Below, in pieces: positions 1 to 9,995 of a DNA stretch of 64,000 bases; within the stretch, counting starts at the first letter, position 1, and each line of letters opens with the position of its first letter. The notes below the pieces were generated by a model. The model had not been told where the DNA came from. It saw only the letters and a program-made list of their open reading frames with translations, and searched no databases. The stretch spans positions 186,001-250,000 of the IMG/VR virus record IMGVR_UViG_3300028920_000001, one strand, 5' to 3'. The position numbers and the translations under genes were made by a program.

Positions 1-374
1 ATTTCATCAGCGATTCTTAAGAGACAATCTCTTTCAAGCCAAAACCCATTTCGATCACCTTTTCTTTTGATGATCTGTAGATAGTATTCATTATAAAATA
101 ATTCATTCTCCTGAGAATCATTTAAATGAGGAGCGTCAACTTTAATCCGAGGACCTCTGGTCTCTGAATTATCATATAGAATACCGTAAGCTTTTTTATT
201 CACAGCAGTCCGAATTGTCGAAATAAATTCCTGAGCTCGTTCTATTTCGAAACGAAATTTATAATCAGGATGGCCAATACTAATTTGAATATAATCTCCC
301 ATCCACAATACTTCCATTCGACCATAATCCCAGTGCTCCCAAGAAGCACCAACAGTCTTGTCGATGGAAGGCAT
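1..374 (-). CDS. hypothetical protein, runs off left edge (MPSIDKTVG...)
   Basis: Open frame translated by hand from ATG at 374 to the window edge. Confidence 0.6.
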   Translation of the reverse strand, partial: MPSIDKTVGASWEHWDYGRMEVLWMGDYIQISIGHPDYKFRFEIERAQEFISTIRTAVNKKAYGILYDNSETRGPRIKVDAPHLNDSQENELFYNEYYLQIIKRKGDRNGFWLERDCLLRIADE

Positions 375-405
375 GTTTATGTACTCTTCATTCTCACAAT
401 ACGCG

Positions 406-1140
406 CTAACCTTTCATATTTACATCGTCTTCGTGACAACAATGACCATAAGCACCTATAGCAAAGTTACAATTATGACAAAGAACACGGTAGCCATCAG
501 GAAAATTTTGTTCCATTAACCAAAGCCAAAAACTATGAGTTTTCTTACCAAGCTTTCTACGGTGTTTATTTCCTCCGCCATCAATATGATCTATACAAAG
601 AAATCCAAGATGAGATTCCCCACAACAGGCACATTTTGGTGGATCACCACCATAATATTGAAAAACCGCAGTTTTAATTACTTCCCTTCTTCTCTTGCGA
701 GATTCACGAAATTGCTCAGCTTTTTCGGGATGAGATTCAAGATATTGTTTATTGTACTCTAAACGTTTTTCTTTATTCTCTCTACCCCAATGTCTGGCCC
801 ATTTCCTCCTTCTATCTTTCACTTCCGGACGTTCTAAATATTCTTTATCGCATAATTTGCACTTATCCTTGTAAATAGGTTTTCCTTTATATTCAAATGC
901 CTTTTGTTTACGAAAATCATCAGAAGTAAGTTGTCCATGTTTAGAACAAAAATATCTTGGCTTTTCTTCTAATTTCTTCCCAGTTCGCTTTCTTTCGCGT
1001 TTTCTAACATCAGACTCAGCTGCACATAATCGACAACGATAACTATAAATAGGTTCTCCTGCTGAATTCGTACGAGCAACATATTTATAGTATGCATCAA
1101 TCAACTGCTCGCCATGGCGCTTACAGGTTCGAGTCTCCAT
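406..1140 (-). CDS. HNH (homing-type) endonuclease with N-terminal Zn-binding repeats
   Basis: C-terminal CACCGE...IDHIDGGG...YRVLCHNCN; two CxxHG...CxLC repeats. Confidence 0.8.
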   Translation of the reverse strand: METRTCKRHGEQLIDAYYKYVARTNSAGEPIYSYRCRLCAAESDVRKRERKRTGKKLEEKPRYFCSKHGQLTSDDFRKQKAFEYKGKPIYKDKCKLCDKEYLERPEVKDRRRKWARHWGRENKEKRLEYNKQYLESHPEKAEQFRESRKRRREVIKTAVFQYYGGDPPKCACCGESHLGFLCIDHIDGGGNKHRRKLGKKTHSFWLWLMEQNFPDGYRVLCHNCNFAIGAYGHCCHEDDVNMKG

Positions 1141-1187
1141 ATTTTAAAATACATCTGAGTTAATTTCTCTCTCATGGTCTATATAGG

Positions 1188-1222
1188 TGAGCCTTCCATG
1201 GATTAAATCCATGGAAGGCTCA
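1188..1222. terminator. perfect 17-bp inverted repeat, probable terminator
   Basis: TGAGCCTTCCATGGATT-A-AATCCATGGAAGGCTCA after the AAA ATPase gene. Confidence 0.6.
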
Positions 1223-1264
1223 ATGAACGACTAACCGTTGGAGGTGACTAACCGTTCATGGTCG

Positions 1265-2374
1265 TCAATCATCCTTCATGGCTTTGCGTATCTTCATGTA
1301 CACATCCATGAAAGGCTGGTTCTTGGTGAGTTGGAAGTCCGCGATGACCTTCATGTTGAGAGTGGACTTGACCGCTCCGATGCACACCTCACCAGACAGT
1401 TCCTTCAGCCACTTGAAGACGTTCTCGGTGGTCTGATGAACCTGCTTCTTGTGATCCACCTTCTTGTCCTTGGGAGGATTCCGGGTGGCTTCCATGACCG
1501 CATTCACGCCAGCAATGGCGCAGACGAACAGACGGTCGAGAGTCATATCCTTGGGAGGATGCGTGCCCTTCAGGACCAGCGCATCGATCGCCGGCTGGAT
1601 ATGCCGGTAATGCTCGAGCCACACCTTGAACTTGGTTGCAGCACCGGTTCCGACGCGGCCGGCAACCAACAGTTCCTGGAACTCGATGGGATCGTTTGGC
1701 GAAGTGCCGTCCAGGTCACGGGCAGCCAGAGTCCAAGCACGTGGGCTCGGGTGGCAGTATGCCGTTTCGTCACCCTCTGGTGGCTTCTGCAGCAGGAAGT
1801 TGGTATTCCGTGAGAGGAATCCAACGATGAGAGGATTGACACCAGCAGGCACTGCCCAATCTTGCCATGCCTGGAAATCGTGGGTGACTCGGTAGACACC
1901 GCACCGATTCGTCAGGGCATGAGAGACCGTCTGCGAGTAGGCACCCTCGTCCGGCAGGTTGCCTGTCGCGAGGACTGCCTTGAACTTGAGCTTAGTCCCG
2001 TTGATGCTGCGAAACTGGAACAGCTCCAGCATCGGGTTCTGAAGCTCAGGCTTGGCCTTGTCGATCTCGTCCACGAGAAGGACGGTCTCCTTGGCTTCAG
2101 CTTCACTCACGAGCGGGAACCCCTCTGGAAGGGCGTAGATGCTCTTGTTGGTCTGCTCATTCACGGTAGGCAGACCCAGCAGGTCCGGTGCCTCTAGAAC
2201 GGACAGGTTCAGGTACTTGTGACCGAGACCCGTCTCCTCACAAGCCTGCATGGCGATCTCGGTCTTGCCAATACCGGCCGGACCGAACGTCATCAGATTG
2301 CTACCACGATGGATCGTGAAGATCATCAGGTGCTTGAGTGTCGCTTGGTTAATTTCGCTGACTTGGGTTAGCAT
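1265..2374 (-). CDS. MoxR-like/AAA_5 AAA+ ATPase
   Basis: Walker A GPAGIGKT, DLLGLP, Walker B LLVDEID, ATGN sensor, ALTNR arginine finger; AGGAGG SD before ATG 2374. Confidence 0.85.
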   Translation of the reverse strand: MLTQVSEINQATLKHLMIFTIHRGSNLMTFGPAGIGKTEIAMQACEETGLGHKYLNLSVLEAPDLLGLPTVNEQTNKSIYALPEGFPLVSEAEAKETVLLVDEIDKAKPELQNPMLELFQFRSINGTKLKFKAVLATGNLPDEGAYSQTVSHALTNRCGVYRVTHDFQAWQDWAVPAGVNPLIVGFLSRNTNFLLQKPPEGDETAYCHPSPRAWTLAARDLDGTSPNDPIEFQELLVAGRVGTGAATKFKVWLEHYRHIQPAIDALVLKGTHPPKDMTLDRLFVCAIAGVNAVMEATRNPPKDKKVDHKKQVHQTTENVFKWLKELSGEVCIGAVKSTLNMKVIADFQLTKNQPFMDVYMKIRKAMKDD

Positions 2375-2661
2375 GATATTGTCACCTCCTGTGGGCCAAA
2401 GCCGCACCCACTGATACAGCAGGCACCAAGCGATCTACATGATGCGATGTATCGAATTGAGACAGAATTGGCCATCACAGGCACATACGCGAGACAAAGA
2501 AAAGTTTACGCACTGTTCATTTTGGAATACACTCACACAACCCTCACGTATAAGTTTGATTCATATATAGCATAAATTGAAAAAATATATACTATACACT
2601 TGATCATTGTTCAGTCAACCTTGACACAAACTCAATTGTAAATTTAATTATATAGAGGAAA

Positions 2662-2991
2662 GTGCAATTGATATTTGAAGCTGACTGCGTAATTCGAGAT
2701 TTTGTTCCAGTTGTCTTTGACGCCGCTGGTTGGTCTGATGTTGCTCAGAAGATTAGAGCACTCCCGCCCCTGGAAAACGCTGAAGCGATTATTGAAGCGT
2801 TTGAATACTTAGATATGCTTCAAGGTGAACCACCTAGTGAAGCATGGGCACAAGCAATTGAGGACTGTTGTTTTTGGTGCGAAGCAGCTGTATGGGCCGC
2901 AATTAGAGAGGAACACAATTCCTTCAACGACTATATGGAACGGGCCCAACGAGCTTTAAGTCTCGAATTTAGATCAGTCCCTATTCACTAA
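2662..2991 (+). CDS. hypothetical protein
   Basis: ORF with GAGG SD. Confidence 0.6.
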   Translation: MQLIFEADCVIRDFVPVVFDAAGWSDVAQKIRALPPLENAEAIIEAFEYLDMLQGEPPSEAWAQAIEDCCFWCEAAVWAAIREEHNSFNDYMERAQRALSLEFRSVPIH

Positions 2992-3335
2992 AGCATCATC
3001 ACCTCAATTATAGTGATGTCTTTTTGATTGATCTCTATCCAACCTTGCTCTTTTAAGGATTCAAACCGTAATTTATGTTCATCACAAAATCCAGCTAGAA
3101 CTAAGTCTCCATCTTGGTGCCATTGAAAAGTGATATGGGCAGCAAATCGTGTAGGTTGCCCATCAATTCTGTCGATTTGACGATTGAGTCGATCTTTTTT
3201 GCAAAACAAACACCTGTTTGAATCATTCAATATTCTGGAATTAGGCGACGATAGTTTATCAATCAATTTCATCAAATCATCTGTATCCATAGCAGATTCC
3301 ACTGCATGAAAGAATGATTTAATACTATATTGCAC
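2988..3335 (-). CDS. IMES-tail protein, Cys-rich CxxC...GxCxxH family
   Basis: CLFC...GFCDEH; ends INQKDITIIEVMML. Confidence 0.7.
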   Translation of the reverse strand: MQYSIKSFFHAVESAMDTDDLMKLIDKLSSPNSRILNDSNRCLFCKKDRLNRQIDRIDGQPTRFAAHITFQWHQDGDLVLAGFCDEHKLRFESLKEQGWIEINQKDITIIEVMML

Positions 3336-3378
3336 GTGTTAATCCTAATCGATTACAATGTCATGACCTGTAATCTAT

Positions 3379-4008
3379 CTACGAACACATTACCTCCGAA
3401 GTCAAGACTAACCTACGAGCTTCTTCAACTGTAGAAACGGACTCTATAACAGAAGACTCGAGTTTCAACAAATGGATTAAGAATAAATACTTAGGATTGA
3501 GCGGATCAGATGCCAACAATTTATCAAGCGCTTGATGCACACTTCTAATCTGCCAATCTGACTGAGTAGTAGATTCAGCCTGACTCCTAAAATATCTTTG
3601 AGCTCTATCTAAAATGTCTTCTTCGTTGAAATATGAAATAAACTGTAGAAAATCACTGGACATGGACAACTTGATGAACTGCCTCACCAAGCCAGGACGC
3701 AGAGACTTCCCATAACGCTTATCATATTGCAATGCAAGCTGTGTCAGGCCGACCGAAACCGGGAAAGCTGGCACAATAGCATTTGGCTTCTTCTTGGTCT
3801 GCCAAAATTTAATATCCAATCGCCTGTCAAGATAGACTTGAAGGATGGCGCTAGGATCGCATTTATCACATGAAAATACGTGGTTTTTCACCACACGGTA
3901 AAAAACCTGGTTATCAACTAGGAATTCTCGAACAGGACCGGAGCGGTCACACTTTGGGTGGCCATTATTGCCCACCCCATTCCCTTTGATGGAAATGATG
4001 CAGTCCAT
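3379..4008 (-). CDS. IMES-tail protein
   Basis: ends RRLVLTSEVMCS. Confidence 0.7.
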   Translation of the reverse strand: MDCIISIKGNGVGNNGHPKCDRSGPVREFLVDNQVFYRVVKNHVFSCDKCDPSAILQVYLDRRLDIKFWQTKKKPNAIVPAFPVSVGLTQLALQYDKRYGKSLRPGLVRQFIKLSMSSDFLQFISYFNEEDILDRAQRYFRSQAESTTQSDWQIRSVHQALDKLLASDPLNPKYLFLIHLLKLESSVIESVSTVEEARRLVLTSEVMCS

Positions 4009-4385
4009 TAGTCGTTTGCAGATTGACTACACTGCCAAACTCGACACGGAATCTGGAATTGTACACCGTTATGGGCTTCATGCCAATCATGATGGAAGAA
4101 CCAGAAGTGACCATCCTTGTGATCGTCAGTCAGTGTCAACGTCTTTAGAGGAAGACTCGAGAACAAACTTCCGGAAAAGGAAGCCCACCCCTTTCCAAGG
4201 TACCAAGATCCTCCGTCGGAGCTTTGGAACCACCCATCATCGTAATCCCAGATATGAGAAATCCGACGGACCACTCCATCCGAAAAAAGCACATAGTCAC
4301 CACATCGTGGCCTAGTGCTTTTGTCAAACTCGGCCTGGCGTTCCTTCAAAATCTCGGCGTCTCTATCATCAAACTCTGGATGCAT
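4008..4385 (-). CDS. hypothetical protein
   Basis: GAGGTG SD; 1-nt overlap with next gene. Confidence 0.7.
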   Translation of the reverse strand: MHPEFDDRDAEILKERQAEFDKSTRPRCGDYVLFSDGVVRRISHIWDYDDGWFQSSDGGSWYLGKGWASFSGSLFSSLPLKTLTLTDDHKDGHFWFFHHDWHEAHNGVQFQIPCRVWQCSQSAND

Positions 4386-4484
4386 GTCACCTCTTATGAT
4401 CGAGATACGCGGGCAGATGTTCGATCTTCGCTACGTGCGCACATGCACGCACGTCGCGCGTATACACAGATCAGAAGGTGGCGC

Positions 4485-5057
4485 ATGTATGTAGTGTATA
4501 TACCCAAACTCGAATCAGCTAGGCAGAACCTTCCACTCATCAATGTCTGCGGATACGAAGTCACTGGTAAAAAGACCACTATTTATTACCATAAAGGTCC
4601 TGAGAATCTCGATCTAATCAATAAACCAGACCATTTTAAAATGAGGTCTCTTAGTCTCAGTCGTGCGAAGTCAGCCAAGCATCTTGAATCAACCATCCTA
4701 GATCACTGGTGGCCAGCCTCTCTTCAATTTATTGAAGTTGATGAGCTTGAAGTTGACAGTGCAAACCATGGGGCAGTTAAAGAAGCTAAACAACGTGTTA
4801 AAGTTGCTAAGGAACTAATCAAAACTTTGGCAGAATGGAAGCAGTGCGTCATTCATCTCAGAGGCCAAGTCAAAAAGATCACGGACGGTTCATTCAAGGA
4901 ACTCCGTCATGACAGCAGGAGAGCGGACGCAAAAGAGTACATTAAAGACACTGTAAAGACTTGTGTTTCAGTATATCACATCAAATTTGATGAAATAGTC
5001 GATCTAGCAGAGGAAGCAGTCAAAGAACTTCAAGTTGAAAATATCATGGAAGGATAG
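4485..5057 (+). CDS. IMES-tail protein
   Basis: start MYVVYIPK after promoter motif; ends ELQVENIMEG. Confidence 0.7.
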   Translation: MYVVYIPKLESARQNLPLINVCGYEVTGKKTTIYYHKGPENLDLINKPDHFKMRSLSLSRAKSAKHLESTILDHWWPASLQFIEVDELEVDSANHGAVKEAKQRVKVAKELIKTLAEWKQCVIHLRGQVKKITDGSFKELRHDSRRADAKEYIKDTVKTCVSVYHIKFDEIVDLAEEAVKELQVENIMEG

Positions 5058-5107
5058 GCGCAAATCCAACAGGATTGCACGTATCCCGACATGGAGGTGA
5101 CGCACGC

Positions 5108-5425
5108 ATGCTGACTGAGCAAGACATGCTAAATGCCTTAGACGGAACTCCGGATGGGGCAACCGTCTTTGTGAGTTATAATGCCGGCCGGCCGCCAACG
5201 GCCAGAGCCATCCGTGAAGCCCAGCCTGCAAAAGATATGGGCCTCAATCTGCGTCATTTCGTGGGTAAGCTGTCCAGCGTGTGGATGACCAAGAAAAGCC
5301 AGATTGTAATGACCGTTCTGTGTGACAACCGGTGCAATGAAGACAATGACATGCAACCGCCGCACTACCGGACTTTCAACCCGAGTCTAGGTACCATGCA
5401 TCTCGTCAAGGTGATCGATGCCTGA
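5108..5425 (+). CDS. hypothetical protein
   Basis: promoter motif and GGAGG at 5062-5097. Confidence 0.7.
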   Translation: MLTEQDMLNALDGTPDGATVFVSYNAGRPPTARAIREAQPAKDMGLNLRHFVGKLSSVWMTKKSQIVMTVLCDNRCNEDNDMQPPHYRTFNPSLGTMHLVKVIDA

Positions 5426-5672
5426 CGTACAGCTCCTAAGAACCAAGATAGAAAATCTTGGATCAATGACTTATTGGAAAATTCATTTCATGCTAGGTCC
5501 CCAACGCTTTCTCATGACCTTCATCGACGATCATCATAAAACATATCGTCTGTACAGACGAGAGCCTCGTTATAATCCCACATCTTGTCAGGATGTAACC
5601 GACGATCCAACCTCCTCAGAGGCTATGAAAGCCGGTAAGCAAGTCTTAATTCAAGAGGTGATGGAAACATGA
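5418..5672 (+). CDS. IMES-tail protein
   Basis: ends KQVLIQEVMET. Confidence 0.7.
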   Translation: MPDVQLLRTKIENLGSMTYWKIHFMLGPQRFLMTFIDDHHKTYRLYRREPRYNPTSCQDVTDDPTSSEAMKAGKQVLIQEVMET

Positions 5673-6067
5673 GAATTTATCTCTCAATGGAAGATGAAAA
5701 CCGGTCATTCGAGACGGAACATCAATTTAGTACCGTCTCATCTGAAAACGAGCTTCATGAAATCATTAGGCGCCTGACCGTAGAAACATGGTCTAGCCTG
5801 ACTGAAAATCGTGGAGTATTGCTCCAGGCAGTGCCTCGTTCCAACTGGATACAAGCGATTAAGATCGTCCGAAATCATTCGGACATGGGCTTGAAAGAAG
5901 CTAAGGATTTCGTCGAACGAGTAATTGATGGCGTCCCATTAGCTTTTCTTGTAAATTTGAAAGATAGAGACGTAATAACTTGCGTAGAACAACTAACGCA
6001 AATTGATTGCAAAGCGACGCCATGTACCAAAGCTGAATATGATGTGTGTGAATTGATGGGGTCGTAA
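5669..6067 (+). CDS. ribosomal bL12 (L7/L12) C-terminal-like domain protein with IMES tail
   Basis: IQAIKIVR...MGLKEAKDFVE is the bL12 CTD signature; ends CTKAEYDVCELMGS. Confidence 0.75.
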   Translation: MRIYLSMEDENRSFETEHQFSTVSSENELHEIIRRLTVETWSSLTENRGVLLQAVPRSNWIQAIKIVRNHSDMGLKEAKDFVERVIDGVPLAFLVNLKDRDVITCVEQLTQIDCKATPCTKAEYDVCELMGS

Positions 6068-6393
6068 TGGAACTTATCAAATATATGGGCGAAGTTGTTG
6101 GTTGGAGTTGTCCACAGTGCGGATTTATAGACAGGCATTCCCTCACGGAACCGTCTCAGTGCAAGCAATGCCAAGAGAAATCTAGACAAAAGCGGGATCA
6201 TTGGAAACAGGACACCCCGCGTGAACAGATGGTAGTCCTGACTCAAGCTATCGCTGGCTACGCGGTATGCGCTGATGATTTGGAATGGACACCTGAACGA
6301 ATGCGCCGAGTTCTTAAGTATATTAAAGAACACTGCGACGATCTATTTGAGCTTTCCAAGTGGATGGATTCTCAATGGGAACCACGAACGTAG
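6067..6393 (+). CDS. hypothetical Zn-ribbon protein
   Basis: CPQC...CKQC. Confidence 0.65.
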   Translation: MELIKYMGEVVGWSCPQCGFIDRHSLTEPSQCKQCQEKSRQKRDHWKQDTPREQMVVLTQAIAGYAVCADDLEWTPERMRRVLKYIKEHCDDLFELSKWMDSQWEPRT

Positions 6394-6407
6394 TCATTAT
6401 TTCATAT

Positions 6408-7007
6408 ATGCCTATGTTGACACACAGGCCCGAAACTATTGACTTTGAAAATGGTGAATTTCCGGATTTGGATGATTTGCCAGATGGCACAGCTAGTGGC
6501 TGCGTTTGGATGATCAATAATGGCACTCCCACACCAGTGTTGGTTATGGATAATGCTCATCAAATTATTGATCATCTCATCACGTGGGCCGAAGAAAAAC
6601 CCGTAGAATGGTTTGACTTAGCCATTAAACGCAAAGATGGTAAATATATTATAGCTCTTCTTCCGAAGTTGCACAAATCAATTGAAAGATGGAGAATTGC
6701 TTTTCAACTTCAATATGGCTATCCATATCCTGAAAAAGACCCGAATATCAGGATTCTTTTCAAGCCAATCCACTTCGTCTCAGGAAGCGCCAACTGCTTA
6801 GACGAATTGACTTTGCAGGAAAATATGGAGGTAGGCTTCTTGGATACCAAGCATCTTAACTATCAAAATCCGGACAAGATGGGTGAGCATATTAAGTTTA
6901 TTGGCCCCTTCAAGCAAGAACATGACCCTTACTTTAATACTTATCTCGACCAAGCTTTGGGGGACGCAACAGAGCCCACTGAGAAATCTCATAGATTTGC
7001 AACATGA
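6408..7007 (+). CDS. hypothetical protein
   Basis: long ORF in co-oriented run. Confidence 0.65.
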   Translation: MPMLTHRPETIDFENGEFPDLDDLPDGTASGCVWMINNGTPTPVLVMDNAHQIIDHLITWAEEKPVEWFDLAIKRKDGKYIIALLPKLHKSIERWRIAFQLQYGYPYPEKDPNIRILFKPIHFVSGSANCLDELTLQENMEVGFLDTKHLNYQNPDKMGEHIKFIGPFKQEHDPYFNTYLDQALGDATEPTEKSHRFAT

Positions 7008-7056
7008 TTTGCAAATCATGTGTGTAGGTTTCCGATCGTCGCACGTACCACCGGAC

Positions 7057-7341
7057 ATGGCGAACAACGTACCCAACGTCCCCAATCTTGACGCAATGGA
7101 CCAGGACGAACTGTGGGACTTTTGGAAGAAATTCCATCGCCCAAGTCGCAAAGACGCAGCTTGGCTGGTTGGAGACCGTCGTCCAGGGTACACCAATTTT
7201 GCATCAACTCTGGCCAATTACGCCTGTAATAAGGCGGTTGCCATGAAGTGTCGGCTGGACGGCAATATTCAAGGAGCCGAATGCTACGAATCGGCTGCAG
7301 AAATCTGCTACAAAGAACTGCCTGAGGATCTAAAGTGGTAA
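7057..7341 (+). CDS. hypothetical protein (leaderless)
   Basis: AGGT-N14-CGTA-N9-ATG upstream. Confidence 0.65.
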   Translation: MANNVPNVPNLDAMDQDELWDFWKKFHRPSRKDAAWLVGDRRPGYTNFASTLANYACNKAVAMKCRLDGNIQGAECYESAAEICYKELPEDLKW

Positions 7342-7795
7342 TCCCAATCCTCACCATCTGCATTGGTTTCCTCATCGTTTTGGGAGGATGGTAATGATCT
7401 TGGCAGTTGCTACTCGGGTAGTGGTATATTACCGTTCCATTTCAAGACAACAACTGTCTCGCCTCTTCAAAATTGATAATTTTGCCGAACGTAAACAGCA
7501 ACTTTGGAATGAATCCGAATCTCACGCGGTTATAGCTTCAAACCAAATTGAGGCTACATTGCAAGTCACTGAACCCGAAAGCTGGGGACAACTGGAAAAG
7601 CAACTGTAAATGGAACCCAAGATTCCTATTAATCTGCCTGGCGTCTGGGACAAGGAGATGCTAAAATCTCCCGCCCCAGAACAGCAGCGTTTCATTGATT
7701 TCCATGAAAGGCTACATATCAAACTTCATGCCCAGCATTTGGAGCAAAAACTCCATCAGGAAAAGAATGTACATTGATGATGGTGATGGACGTGA

Positions 7796-8122
7796 ATGGA
7801 AGATCGGTCTTTTGCTAGGATTGATCCTAGCCGGAATCGTGTTTGGAGGTCTAATCTAATGGTCCGTTTGCAAAGGTGGGGGAGCTCCCCAGTCAATTGG
7901 CGCGTCCAACGTCCTGAGGGTGGAGATAAGGTCGTGCCGGCAGATGCACTGACTGACGAAGAAATCAACCTCGCCATCGAGGAAGCCAACCGCTTCAAGA
8001 AATATCATGCAGAACGGCCTAAAACCGATCCACATCGAGCCGGTCTTGTTCAGTTCGAACAAAATATCCTGATGGATCTCCAAACCATTCTCGAGAAGAG
8101 AGCACGAAAGCATGCATCATAA
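7796..8122 (+). CDS. hypothetical protein
   Basis: ORF in co-oriented run. Confidence 0.5.
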   Translation: MEDRSFARIDPSRNRVWRSNLMVRLQRWGSSPVNWRVQRPEGGDKVVPADALTDEEINLAIEEANRFKKYHAERPKTDPHRAGLVQFEQNILMDLQTILEKRARKHAS

Positions 8123-8306
8123 TTGGGGAGAGGCGTTACGCCAAAAGATCCGTGAAGCGGAAGAACTAAGGCACACTCCTCCACAAAAATGGCCTCGCGC
8201 GTTCCTCTTGCCGGACGCTTCCGGGCACATGCCTAAAGAAGCACTCGACCAGGCAATTGAAGAATTGAAGAAGCTTTCCCCAAAGAAGATCCACACAAGG
8301 TAAACG

Positions 8307-8510
8307 ATGCAACATCCTGAGCAACTCTGTTACTTCATCGACTGGCACTACATGGATGCGCATGGTTGGCCAGAGTGGTTGTGTCGACAACTCCGTAAAG
8401 ATCTTGCCAGCCTGGATGAACTCCAAGATGAATGCGCCGAGATTTTCGTCGAAGCGGTGGAAAAGAAGTACGGTGGAAAATCAATCCACGAACTTCGTAG
8501 CTTAGCATGA
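8307..8510 (+). CDS. hypothetical protein
   Basis: ORF, ATGA overlap with next gene. Confidence 0.55.
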   Translation: MQHPEQLCYFIDWHYMDAHGWPEWLCRQLRKDLASLDELQDECAEIFVEAVEKKYGGKSIHELRSLA

Positions 8511-8716
8511 AGTATTTAATCCAAAGCGGCGGGCTCTTTATTGGTCCCCATGCCTTAGATAAAGGGAAAGCCGGTTGGACGTTTGATCTTAACGAAGCTT
8601 TTCGGTATTCTTCTGTTGAAGAAGCAACCAAAGAACAGGGGAGTCTCAAATTCCCCATTCAAGGAAAGGTGATTACTGAAGACGAAGCTCAAGTTTGGGC
8701 AATCATGAGATCATAA
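8507..8716 (+). CDS. IMES-tail protein, MKYVI...W...A..Y family
   Basis: ends VITEDEAQVWAIMRS. Confidence 0.75.
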   Translation: MKYLIQSGGLFIGPHALDKGKAGWTFDLNEAFRYSSVEEATKEQGSLKFPIQGKVITEDEAQVWAIMRS

Positions 8717-9064
8717 GGCCCAGTGGCGGAATGGCATACGCAGGGGATTTCAACGGAATCCCATCAACAGAAATGTTGATCCAAAAAAACCCTGGAAATT
8801 GCTGGAAACCCCTTAGAGCCTGATACACCACAACATGACTGGAAACGGTAAGTGTGACGGTTTGAAAAGAATCAGGATTGGGCAATCAGCAGCCGAGCCC
8901 CTTGACTGGGGAAGGTTCAGAGACTCGCGCTCAGGGCACCTGACCAGATAATGCTGAAGGTGAAGATACAGTCCAGACCACAACGGAAACGGCTCGCGAA
9001 ATCGAGAGTGGTACGAAAATCCCTCGCCCTAACGGGATTGTGAGTTCGAATCTCACCTGGGCTA
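8717..9064 (+). tRNA. trnL: tRNA-Leu(UAA) interrupted by a group I intron
   Basis: acceptor GGCCCAG/CTGGGCT-A; exons 8717-8750 and 9016-9064 join to GGGGA-TTTAAAA-TCCCT; long variable arm; GTTCGAATC T-loop. Confidence 0.9.
8751..9015 (+). ncRNA. group I self-splicing intron (265 nt, no ORF)
   Basis: P AATTGCTGGAAA, Q AATCAGCAG, R GTTCAGAGACT, S AAGATACAGTCC; P1 GGGATTT/GAATCCC with U.G at the splice site; terminal G at 9015. Confidence 0.9.
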
Positions 9065-9171
9065 CTATGGTGATAGGCTATGACAATATCATTCTGTGTG
9101 ATAATGCCATTCAGACGGCACAAAGATCTGAACGGAGGCAGTTTCCGGTCTGGCAGATAAAACCGGATTTC

Positions 9172-9244
9172 GGGAGTATAGCTCAGTCGGCAGAGCCACC
9201 GGCTTTTAACCGGTAGGTCCAGAGTTCGAGTCTCTGTGCTCCCA
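9172..9244 (+). tRNA. trnK: tRNA-Lys(UUU)
   Basis: GGGAGTA/TGCTCCC acceptor; ACCGG-CTTTTAA-CCGGT anticodon arm; GTTCGAG T-loop. Confidence 0.92.
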
Positions 9245-9438
9245 CAAAATGAAATCTGACGCTCAAAAAATGAAAGCTATCCGATTCTTGCTTACAAACG
9301 GTAGTCGCGGAAGCGAATGGCAAGAAGCAGGACTGCTTTGTGCAATCGAAAAAGTCGTCAACGAAGATTATAAAAATCTTTCCACAAGAACCTTACAAAG
9401 CCTCCTAGAGGAGGCTAAAAAATATTAATGCAGCTACC

Positions 9439-9690
9439 ATGAAGCAAAATTTACTACAGCTCGCACAAAATACTCCTGGAACTGTAAACCCTAACGGGTA
9501 TCATACCTGGACACTTCATATAGCGTCGCATCTAGGAAATACTTGGAGATGTACGAGATGCAATTTTATTTATCCTAGTGGTAGTACCAGTCTTTTGATT
9601 AAACCATGCATCCACCAAGTGGACGATCAAGGACATTTTTGCAGAGATAGAATTCGTTCTCAGTTGATAGAAGAAGTCATGGAATCATGA
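9439..9690 (+). CDS. IMES-tail protein, HxW...CxRC family
   Basis: ends SQLIEEVMES. Confidence 0.75.
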   Translation: MKQNLLQLAQNTPGTVNPNGYHTWTLHIASHLGNTWRCTRCNFIYPSGSTSLLIKPCIHQVDDQGHFCRDRIRSQLIEEVMES

Positions 9691-9995
9691 CTTTTCTTGA
9701 TCCTTCTAAAATAGTGCAGGTATCTGACTATTCATATGATTGCTACGAATGCTCGCGCCTAGGGCTCTTACATCGAGATCATCCGATCACAGGTTATGCT
9801 ATAACCACCATTAGCATGTGGTCTACTAACCCATTAGCCCCACTTTCTGAAAAAGAACGTTTAGTGGAAATATTGATTCGTGGATTCTGTAAAGAACATG
9901 ACCACATCCACACTTATCGTAACTATCCTAATTGGACGTGTATATCTAAGTCCGAATACGAACTACTTCAAGTAATTCAAACGATGCTAGAATGA
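9687..9995 (+). CDS. IMES-tail protein, Cys-rich family
   Basis: CYEC...GFCKEH; ends LLQVIQTMLE. Confidence 0.7.
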   Translation: MTFLDPSKIVQVSDYSYDCYECSRLGLLHRDHPITGYAITTISMWSTNPLAPLSEKERLVEILIRGFCKEHDHIHTYRNYPNWTCISKSEYELLQVIQTMLE

